Below are positions 12,344 to 22,800 of a stretch of DNA of 53,700 nt, in pieces. This DNA is from Saprolegnia diclina VS20 (taxonomy: Eukaryota). Under the pieces are notes generated by a model. That model was not told the origin of the DNA. It did no database searches and saw only the letters and a list, made by a program, of their open reading frames with translations. The translations under genes were made by a program, and so were the position numbers. The DNA is taken from the NCBI RefSeq assembly GCF_000281045.1, contig NW_008246068.1, positions 518,859 through 572,558 of the forward strand, given 5' to 3'. The number at the start of each line of letters is the position of its first letter. The first letter of the stretch is position 1.

Positions 12344-13151
12344 ATGTCGTCGGACTGCAGCGTCCCGCTCGAGATGGCCGAGGGCGAGAATGCCGGCGAC
12401 GTCTTCAACCTGCTCTGGCCAGTCGCCGGCGCGCCCGACATCCGCAACGTGGCCATGAGCATGCTTACGCTCAAGCGCGCGGCCAACGACTGGCCGGCAA
12501 CCGATGGGTGGCCGTTGGACGTGACATGCGACGAGCCCATGCATGAGGACAGTACAGGTGCCCATCTCCGAGATGCGTGCCCAGTCAAGCTTGTGGATGC
12601 ATCCACGATCGACCTCAGCGTGCTTTGCAGCCTCTCGCACCTGCGCGACTCGGACGACGGGCTCAACATGTCATCGTCGTCGTCCGAGGACGATGGCTCG
12701 CCGCTGCTGTCGGACGACGAAGACGAGAGCGACGCGCCATCGACGCTCCGTGCAAAGCGAGAGCGTACTGACGACGAAGACGACTCGGATTTCATGGCGC
12801 GCGTCCAGAAGGTCCGGCGGTCGGCGTCGAAAAGCAGGCGCTTCCGCGCAGTCGACATTCTGCCGTGCAAGCACCCGGGGTGTACCAAAGGCGCCCGATC
12901 GCGCGGCCTCTGCAAGCGACACGGCGGCGGGAAGCGGTGTTCGGTCGACGACTGCGCGCGCAGCGACCAAGGCGGCGGCTTTTGCATAAAGCACGGTGGC
13001 GGTAGAGCTCTCGACGCTTGTGTTCAATATTGTCTGATACCACGGTCTAGGGCGGCGATGTGCGGTGGAAGACTGCAAAAACTCGTCCCAGTCGCGAGGC
13101 CTCTGCAAGCGGCATGGCGGGATTCGCCCGCGTCGGCGCAACCCATCGTGA
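12344..13151 (+). CDS. WRKY19-like zinc-finger repeat protein, paralogue 2
   Basis: Repeats CKHPGCTKGARSRGLCKRHGGG, CSVDDCARSDQGGGFCIKHGGG and, after an intron at the same position as in paralogue 1, CAVEDCKNSSQSRGLCKRHGG. Stop TGA at 13149-13151. Confidence 0.8.
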
Positions 13152-13836
13152 CGACGACCAATGCTTAATTATCGACACCCTGCTCTATTTACCACCTGCA
13201 CCACCATCATACGTCCTGCACAATCGAGCCTGTCTGTCGCCTTGCGTATTCAGCGACGTCCCACGGCTCTATGGCGGCAAGTCGCTCCGACATCAGACAG
13301 TGCGTCGGAATGGCAAGCCCATTGATGATCCCGTAACCGGACAGTATGTGTCGAGCCTCTGCTGCGTTGCTCTGCACCGTACGTTGATCGCCTGCTGCCA
13401 TCGCCATCCTCTTTGCACGGGTGGCAGGCCTGGCCACTGGCCACTGGGACTGGGTGCAAGCCCAAGGGCGGCGGTGTTAGCTGGTGACGTGGCACTCGGT
13501 CGCGGACGAACGTGGCGGCCGCACGCGCTATGTGGCGGAAGCAAACCGAACGGCTAGGATCAAAGAACGATCTTTTGGCGGCGGCGTCGCTCGGACGCGT
13601 GGCAGTCCGCATGCTGTGACCAACAGCCCCGTCCTTTTTTCAAGATCGTCTGGGAGGTTCGGTTAGGTGCGCCGTTTAGTCACGCACTTAACCGGTCACT
13701 GGAATCTTTTGCAGCGCATACATTGCTTCAGTCAAGTTAAAGTCGGTGAAATTAATGAAACCATAACGGTTATCGAATCCGGATACCGGTTCCCAGTCAT
13801 TTCCCGGCCCCAGATACGAGTATTATCGGTTTTGCG

Positions 13837-16010
13837 ATGTTGCACGCCAGTCGCCGCCTCCTCCGCGCCCCTGCGCTCGCCCGGACGTTATTTGCGCCGA
13901 TGGCCGCGCGTGCTCTGCCGACGGCTGCGGCTGACGAGCATGGCTGGGCCAAGTACGGCCTCGGCGCCGTGCTCCTCATGGCCGGCGCGGGCTTGAGCCA
14001 AGCCGACAACTGCGGCATCGTCGGCGTCGTGAGCAAGCACCAGGAAGCCAACAGCTTCTTGCTCGAAGGCCTCACGATCCTGCAAAACCGCGGGTACGAC
14101 TCGGCGGGCATGGCCACGACCAAGCACGACGGCGCGGCGCCGATTGAAGTGACCAAGTTTGCGTCAGTGCAGGGCACGGCCGACTCGATCAACCTCTTGC
14201 GCCAGACCAAGGACAAGCACGAAGGCAACACCGTTGGCATTGCGCACACGCGCTGGGCGACGCACGGTACATGACAATGCTGTCAAAAATGGTGATCTCA
14301 TCATGCGCATGCGTAGGTGGCAAGACGGACGAAAACTCGCACCCGCACATGGACATGAACAAGCGCGTCGCGGTCGTGCACAACGGCACGATCACCAACT
14401 ACAACGAGATCAAGAACGAGCTCATTGCGGAAGGCGTCACGTTCACGTCGCAGACGGATACGGAGGTCATTGCGCAGCTCATCGGGCACCTCATGGGTGA
14501 GGGCGCCGACTCGCTCACGGCGACGCGCCTCGCCCTCGAGCGCCTCGAAGGCACGTGGGGCCTCTGCATCATGGCGCGTGACGAGCCCGGCAAGGTCATT
14601 GTCGCGCGCAACGGGTCGCCCTTGTGCATCGGGTACGACATCATCCTTCCTCCTCGTGCGCATGGCCTTATCTCGTCTCTCTGTTCTAGCTACGGCTCCA
14701 ACTCGATGTACATTGCGTCCGAGACGACGGCCTTCTCGCGCCACACGAAGCGGTTTCTGTCGCTCCAGGACGGCGAGGTCGCGGTCGTCAAGTGCGACTC
14801 GGCCGAGCTCAACCCGCAGGACGACAACAACGAAGGCACGCTCCAGCGCTTTCCCACGTCGCGCCTCGGCACGGCCCCGGACGTCAAGGTCCGTCTCTCG
14901 CCCGCGCCGTTCCCGCACTGGACGATCCGCGAAATCATCGAGCAGCCCAAGGCGGTCGCGTCGGCGCTTGGCTACGGCGGTCGCGTCTCGGACGACCACG
15001 TCTACCTCGGCGGCCTCGAAGCCGAGAAGGACAAGATGCTCAAGATCAAGCATCTCCTGATCTCGGCGTGCGGCACGTCGCTGAACGCGGCGAAGTACGG
15101 CGCCAAGCTCATGCGCACACTCGGTTCGTTCGACACGGTGTCGACCGAGGACGCGGCCGAGACGACCAACGAACGCCTTCCTCGCCACGAAGGCGGCATC
15201 CTCGTCGTGTCGCAGTCGGGCGAGACCAAGGACGTCCACCGCGTCTTGCAGCTCCAGCATGCGCAGGACCTCCCCATGTTCTCGGTGGTCAACGCTGTCG
15301 GGTCGCTCATTGCGCGGACGACGCGCTGCGGCGTGTACCTCAACGCCGGTCGCGAGAACGCCGTCGCGAGCACGAAGGCGTTCGTGACGCAGGTCACGGT
15401 CCTCGGTCTCATTGCCGCGTGGTTTGCGCAGAACCGGGTCGAGGTCAACCGCACCAAGCTCGACGAGCTCATCCAGTCGCTCCACCGCCTCCCGATCACG
15501 ATCGGCATGGCGCTCCGGACGCGTGCGATTTGCGCCGACATTGCCGACAAGCTCATGCCGTCCGAGCACCTCTTCGTGCTCGGGAAGGGCTACGCCGAGC
15601 CGATCGCGTACGAAGGCGCGCTCAAGATCAAGGAGATCACGTATCTGCATGCCGAGGGCTACTCGGGCGGCGCGCTCAAGCACGGGCCGTTCGCGCTCAT
15701 CGAAGGCAAGGAAGGCCAGTTTGGCCCGACGCCCATCATCCTCATCGTGCTCGACGACGAGCACGGGCAGCTCATGAAGACGGCGGCCGAGGAGGTGCGG
15801 GCGCGTGGTGCGTACACGATCATCATCACCGACAACCCGGCCATGTGCGACGGCCTCGCCGACGCCGTGATCCCAATCCCGAACAACGGCCCGATGACCG
15901 CGCTCCTGGCGAGCGTGCCGCTGCAGCTCATTGCGTACGAGCTCGCGGTCAAGCGCGGGATCAACCCCGACGTCCCGCGCAACCTCGCCAAGGCCGTCAC
16001 GGTCGACTAA
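13837..16010 (+). CDS. GFAT: Glutamine:fructose-6-phosphate aminotransferase (isomerizing) with an N-terminal presequence
   Basis: Class II glutaminase domain motifs CGIVG, RGYDSAG, GIAHTRWATHG, HPH, HNGTITN and TDTEVI. Two SIS domains with CGTS, SQSGET, VASTKAF, EGALKIKEI and KHGP. Canonical C-terminus PRNLAKAVTVD*. Introns 14267-14316 and 14633-14689. Confidence 0.97.
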
Positions 16011-16148
16011 ACCGTCGCATATTGTAGTAAGAATATGACGTTGTGTGCATCCCACTCCTCGAAGCGTCGTGCATGTAGCCGGATAAAAAGGCTGTACGAG
16101 GTTAGGTTTCTCTTTTGGTTACCAGAGTTGTACAAGTGACAAGGGTTA

Positions 16149-18164
16149 TTACTCGTGGAGGGACTTGGTCGACTTGGCCTTGGCGCTGCGCTGCGAGTCG
16201 ACGAGGACACGGACGACCTCGGCGACGTTCTCGGGCGACGGCGTCGGGTACGACCAAAAGCCACCGGCGACGCGCTTGGGCGGCTCAACCCCCGGTTGCG
16301 ACGTGTCGGCAAGCCGCCGGAAGAGGTATGCTCGAAACGAGAGACACTACGTGGTAGGCTTCCTCCTGGGACGAGCAGTAGCGTCACGTACATCATCGCG
16401 CTCTTTGGTCATCTTGGTGAGCGCTGTGCGCAACGCAGTGGCCTACAGCATAGCCGTCTACCGTAGGTCCGACAGCGTCGAACGTACGCTGCGCAGGTGG
16501 CTCTCAGCGTCGGTCTGCGCCCGTTTCTACGGCCATTCATAGAGGAATGTCGACCAGGAGACAGCGTACGAGCTCGATGGCGGCTAGCTTTTGGTGGGCG
16601 TCGGCGGTTTGGTGGAGCTGCGTGAGCTTGGCCTCGAGCTACCTTGCGAGTCCACGACGCTGTTGCGTCACGACGGTCCTACCTCTTTGACGCAACCTTC
16701 GACGCGGGTCCGTGCGCTCTCTTCGAGCTCGAGGCTTGCTTGCACCTTTTGGTGCTGTCGCTCCGACTCGGCGAGGAGGTCGGTGAGTTGCTGGAGCGCA
16801 AACTTCGACTGCGCACCTTCCCGCTACGTATATATATATATATATAAACGACGGGGCGGGACGCCGACGACGCAAACCTTGAGCTGGTTGTGCAGCTCGG
16901 TGACCGTAATGTCGAGGTCCTACGCCACTTCGATTCCCTTCAAACTTGGTGGTGTCTCGTACACGAAGCTTTTGCTGCATGGCGGCGGCTTCCACACGGC
17001 CCTGGTCGAGTGTTCGCTCCCGCGCTTGCAACTACAGTCGCGATCGTAGCGGGAAAGACTGGGAAGACTCTACCTTGCCAATCGTATGCCGCAGCGTCGC
17101 CTGCGTCTTGGCGAGCTCCAAGCTCAGCTCTGCCTCGCGCGGTCGGCGGCAGAACCGACACACGTGTCCATTGGCGCTGTCGCCGATCGGTGCGTTGTCG
17201 TCGCCCTCGAGCTGGTCGGGTGCTGGCGTCAAGCGACTGCCGGTGGACGCGCGACGGCTGCCGGTGGTCGCATTTGGGCGCTCGACCGGCGCTTGGTCGC
17301 TTGCATCGGTGGCGCTTGTCTCTCGGCGGGCGTACTGGATAAAGTGGGCGCCCAGCAGCACGGGCGACGTGATGCGCTTGGCAGTCGACGCAACTGAAAA
17401 CACAAATTCGAGGCGCATGGCTTCGACTTGAACTGTTTGTTGCAGGTGTGAAAACACCTGCATCGTCACCGCCTGGAGCGTCGACTCGATCTACAAGCTG
17501 CCACGTCATCCCTTTATACAATACGAAAAGGACAGACCTCGGGTGTCGTCGCTTGGGTCAGTACGGTGCTATTGTCCAGCGACGACGCGTAGGGGGCCGC
17601 CGTAATCGAGATGCCACCCGCGATTTTTGCTCGGCGGGTCTCGCCCTCGGCGTGTAGCTCGGCGAAATAGCGAAGCCCGTCGTGGGGCACGGTGTACGCC
17701 TGGAGGCAGTACGCGCCGTCGTTAAATTGGCGCGGGCCGGGCAACCGCGCCACCGGGGCAAACATGTCGGCCTCCCGCGCGCACAGCGACCGAACGTACG
17801 TGTCCAGCTGCGTCTCGTCCAAGAGGCGCAAGGTGTCCTCGCAGACGACGGCGACGTGGACGTCGCCCGACGCGTCGGCCAGTTCCTGCGTCAACAATGG
17901 TTTAGCTGCAGATATATCGCGAGACGACACCTGGAGTTTGAGCTCAAACAAGAGCAAATTTGTGTTTTGAATCGGCTTCTTTCGCTGGATCAACGACGAC
18001 TTGTGCGAGCAAAAGAGCCATTCGACGAGGACGCCTTCGTCGTCCAACAGCGCCGTGTCGGGGATCGTCACCCCGCGCGCACCGTGCAACTGCGATAGCA
18101 CAAAGTGTGTCGCGGCCCGGCGGCCGTCCGCCGAGTGCACATCCACGAGGCTGTGGGTCACCAT
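16149..18164 (-). CDS. Uncharacterised multi-exon protein with an N-terminal globular domain and C-terminal coiled coil
   Basis: ORF 17514-18164 (IPDTALL...EWLFCS..RKK...YCLQAY) splices to 17032-17469 and then to several small coiled-coil exons ending ...SAKAKSTKSLHE* (TAA at 16149-16151). Confidence 0.7.
16829..16846. repeat. (TA)9 microsatellite inside an intron of the 16149-18164 gene
   Basis: tatatatatatatatata, a few nt from the predicted minus-strand 3' splice site. Confidence 0.9.
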
Positions 18165-18422
18165 GCGTGGTGACGCGCACGGTTATAGACGTGCAAAGAT
18201 AGACTACACCACATGTCGTATGCCGGTCGAGGTGACCGCCGACACCGCGTCTGGGCTCACTCCAGTCGTCGGGACGCTACTACAGTGCGACCGTTGACGA
18301 CTGCTAGTTTGGTGCTCGACTGATGCTAGGAAGAAATCGCTGTTCCATTTCTACCTAACTGCGAGCCCTTGGCCATTTCCCAGAGTCTGCAACGCTCATG
18401 ACAATAACCATAGCCGTGTGTA

Positions 18423-19851
18423 TTATCGGGGCTTGACGTCGAACGCAACGACCACGTGGCTTCGATCGTCGAGGCCCGCGTCCATCAGGAGCGCCTTGTC
18501 CTCGAGGGCTTTCCCGTGAAAATACACAAGGAGCATGTCGGGCTGAACGTCCTGCCCGCGCAAGTCGAGGTGCTTGGTTTCAAGCGTCGGTCGCGCCGAG
18601 AGCTTCTTGGCGATCGCGACCTTGAGGTCCCGCACGGACCGCGCGACGCTCATGCGAAACGTGAGCGAGAGGCCGTTGGGAAAGTGGCACGTGATGGGCG
18701 CGCGGTGGTCGTCGTCGGGCAGCGCGAGCGCCGACGGCTACAGTGATATGTGTTGAAATCGCTCCACGTTCTATGTGCCTACCGTCGCCTCGGCGGGCTC
18801 GGCGGACCCGCGGCGAAAGTAGTCTGGCGTCGCCACGCGGAGCGGAAATTGATTACTGCCGTCGCTTGTGTCGAGCACGGCGTGCAAGTGCGCCTTGATC
18901 ATGCTCATCTTGTACGCCGCGTCCGGCTGCTTCTTGACCCACTCGAACGGATCAAAGCTGGGCTCGCGCGGCCCGGGAGCCTTGGGTCCCCCACTGCGGT
19001 CGCCCGAAACCACGGGCGTCGCCAGGATCGTTTTGGCAGCGCGCGTTTGCTACCAAGCGCATCCTAACAAATCCATCCAGCGGACGCATGTACCCGCTGC
19101 AGACGCTCGCGATAGATCTCGTCGGTCGGCACGCGGTCCGGGTTGGGCATCCACTGCGGCTCACGATGCAACGACGAGTGGAAGCCGACAATCATGCGCG
19201 ACGGCTCGACGTCCAGTGGCTTGGACAACGGGCGCGGGTCGTACGTGGCGGCGCTCACGTGCTCGGGCGTTGCACTCGATGCATTCGACGGGCGCTCGGC
19301 GTGCGGAAATGAAAACCCAATCGCTGGCAGCGAGCCCACCGACGGCTCGTGGATGATCATTTCTCGGACGCCGTGTCGGCGCCGGGGCGGCAACGGCGAG
19401 ATCACCGGCGTCGTTGCAGGTGTCGTTGCCGACGGTGGTCCCTTGCGACGAACCGGACTCGCCTTTGCGAGGCTGGGGTAGACACACGTACGCTCGCTCT
19501 CACGGCCGAGGCGGTACGTCTCTTTCGAGACCATGTGGTCGGGTGTGAAGTGAACCTCCCGCGCAGGGCCCGAGCGCAGCAATGGTACGTGCGGCGCAGC
19601 CAGGCGTGGTTTCGGGTCGTACGCGCCTGGCCCGGGCCCGACAAACTAGGCGATTTTAGATACCTCGGTGCGAGACGAAGAAGGTATCGTACCTGAGACG
19701 ACGTTTGCACCGCGTTCCGGACGTAGTCGTCGGGCAGATGCAAGGACGTAGCGACGTCGGCCTCGGTGACGCTCCACTCGAGCCGAGCTTCGATGCGCAT
19801 GAGCGCTCGAAACACGTCTTGCGACAGGATATGGCGCCGGTCCACGTCCAT
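18423..19851 (-). CDS. Protein with a PGPGAY (STPG/SHIPPO-like) motif and a C-terminal ubiquitin-like domain
   Basis: Four exons join in frame: MDVDRRH...TSSQ|FVGPGPGAYDP...LQR|QTRAAK...AEAT|PSAL...ITCHFPNGLSLTFRMSVARSVRDLKVAI...LVYFHGKALEDKALLMDAGLDDRSHVVV. The last part has the ubiquitin-fold pattern and no terminal GG. Confidence 0.7.
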
Positions 19852-19895
19852 CGCGCTCGATGAGGTCGTATATGGTTGTAAATTTAGGTTGGCGC

Positions 19896-22800
19896 ATGGA
19901 AACGGCAGACGCCCGGCGGTATGACGTCCCCGGCGAACTCGCGGCCGAGTTTACGCCCAACGAAGCGGACGAGGTGCGTCTTGTGGACTCAAGTGCAACG
20001 GTTTGCGACGTAACCTGTAGCTCTCGGCGCTCTTCGAGTCGGCGGACGCCGATGGCAGCGGCGCGATCGATGAAGCCGAGTTCAAAAAGCTCCTGGTGCG
20101 CATGGACATTCAGGTTCCGGACGAAGAAGCCGACAAGCTGGTGATGGCCGCGGACACGAGTGGCAACGGCCTCGTCGAGTGGAATGAATTTGTGCTCGTA
20201 CGTTGCATTTGCCAAGGCAAGCACGACGACGATCGTGGCGGTAGATGGTGCTGCAAGCACGGCGCGGCGACGGGCGGTTCGCCAAGCTCAAGAGTTTAGC
20301 CGACGCGCTCCAGATGACGCCCATCAACCTTCTCCAAGCCGAAGCCGGTACGACCATATTCTCCTTCGTGTCTCGAAGTTGGATTCGGCGTAGACAAATT
20401 TCAAATGACAGTCACCTACCAGCTCTTGGAAGAGCGGAAGGCCACCAAGTACAACCCCAAGACGTACCTCGTGTCGGTCAGTATCGCCGCGCCGCACGAT
20501 GGCGGGTCGCTCGAAGTCTACGAGACGATTGGGTTTTCGACGCGCGAAGCCAAATTCAAGGCAGCCGAGCTCGCTCTAGTCAAGATGCGCAAGATGAAGC
20601 CTGGGTACGAGTTCCCCCTCGGCACGATTCCCGACAAATGGGATGCGTGGGCCTTTGCCAACCTCGCGCGCCGCGTCAAGCCGACGACAGTAGCTCCGTC
20701 ATTGCGTCCATATTATTCGTAACGAGAGATTCTGTCGCTAGGTATTGACGACGTTGGTGCAGAAAGGGTTTGCACCGGCGACCAATTTGGCCTTTATGAA
20801 GCGGCTTTCGGTGCGGCTCTCGTCCCGGCGACTGGCCAAAATGTCACCGATGGTGCTCACGTCCACCGGCGGCCTTCCGTCGGCTTGGCGTCGGTGGATC
20901 GACGACCAGCTCGCACGCGGCATGGACGGCCGTCTCGTGCTCTCCGAGCTCCAAGCGTATGGCTTTGACGAGGCGCGGGATCTGCACACGACGCAGATGC
21001 TGCAGCGGCGCCCGCTGGCCGACGTCAGCTACGACTTTTGGTCGTGTCTCCACGGGGGGGACCTTTGCGAGGTACCGACAACCCGTCCATTCTAGTGGGT
21101 ATCGACACGCAGTGTAGGTGCAACTGTTTGTTGCGGCCGGTCATGACGTGAACCAAGATCGTCTCGACCGCCGGTGCCAAATCGCCTTCACACCGCTGCA
21201 ATTCGCTGCCAAGCACGGTTACGACGACATTGCGCGCTTCTTGCTCCAACACGTACTTGTCTATAGTACTCTCTAGTATGTGTACACGTTGTCGGATGTA
21301 ATAGGGCGCGCAGGTGAATGCGGCCAACAGCTTTCGCCGGACGCCGTTGATGTTTGCTGCGCGCCACGGTCACCCCAAAGTACATCCATAGCGTTCATCG
21401 TACAGGGAATGACCGATCCACGTATTCTAGATGGTGCAGCTGCTCCTTGACGCCGGCGCCTCGATCGTCGCCAAAGACAACCTTGAAAACACGCCATTAC
21501 ACCTCGCAGCGGTCGCAGGCTGCGCACAGGTACACCTTTTGCAATAGTCCAACACACCAATCGTGCTCTATCTGATTCTAGTCGACACGCGCCATTTTGA
21601 CAGCCGAAGCCGCGTACATGCGGGCGTGCATCGTCAACACCAACGCTTCTCTGTGCTTTCTGGACGAAGGCCACGCGTTCCGGCGGGAACTCGCGGCACT
21701 CTACGACGTGATGATGGAGAAGAAGCTGCCGCGGAACGTCCACCGGCGCTTTGAGCAGGCGTGGATCCCAGACGCGGTGGATTGCGCGTACGAGGTAGCG
21801 CCGTCCCCTCACAGCGTCGCCGCAGCTCGTAATTGGTGTTGGTATAGCGCTTGTTCCACGCCAAAAAGCTCCCCGTTCTCAAGCCGTCGCGTGCTGTGAT
21901 CGACCGCGTCTTGCAGCGGTACCGGTACCTTCAAGACCAGTGCCCGGATGCCCTTGACGAGGTCGAGCGCCAGCGGGTCGAGGACGCCCGCGCCCACGGC
22001 GTGCACAACGCAACCCACCTTCAGGTACCCACCTCGTCGTCTCCACGGTGGGATTAAGACAAACGGCAGATCTACTTGGAGGCCATGTTCAAGGAGGCGT
22101 ATAAGAATGCACCCAACCGCCAAGGCCGGACTGCGCTGCACTTGGCGTGCGACGAGAACCTTGTGTGCAGCCACGAGGTACTTGTCCAAAAAGCGATTTT
22201 GAAATACAGTTGGCAATAGGCCGTGCTGCGGGTTCTGCTGAACACGTTTGGGTGCGACCCCAGCATTCGCGACCACCTTGGGATCGCACCGCTCGACGTT
22301 TTGATACACCGCAAAGGGCGACCGGGGAGCCCCCCCGAAGACAAAATATTCGAATCCAAAGTTCGAAGCGACCGCGCGGCGCGCCTGCAACACAACCAGA
22401 CGCGGCGTCGGAACGAGCGCGACACGCACCGCCGGGGCTTTTTCGAGTCGCAGCTGCTTCAGCTGCTACCGATGCACCCGGTACGATCAAGATGACTACC
22501 TTCCAGTGTGAAAATGCGATAGGAAACCAACGAGATTGATCTGAGCGCGGCCAAAGAGCGCAGTCGTGTGACGCGTGAACTCGCCGGGTGGCGGGTGCGT
22601 ATCGTGAAAGCGTCGCTAGTCGTAACGACGTTCTATGTAGGAATACTTGGACCTTTCGAGCAACAACTCGTTCTACGAGCATCCCGAGTCAGGGCACCTC
22701 ACCCTCGAGATGCCCGACGCGATCAAACAGTCGATCGCGAAAACCCTGCAGTGGTACACCCGCCGCTCCAACGGACGTATTTTGGAAAAACGAGGTTGCT

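Noticed and set aside
13152..13836. Short ORFs between WRKY19-like paralogue 2 and GFAT
   Set aside because: No recognisable motifs, no consistent splice model and weak codon bias.
14301..16055. Long antisense ORFs (584 aa here; also 37903-39423, 11737-12987, 52496-53665, 42304-43419)
   Set aside because: They are shadows of real genes. Strong C/G third-position bias suppresses stops on the opposite strand, and the translations carry no motifs.
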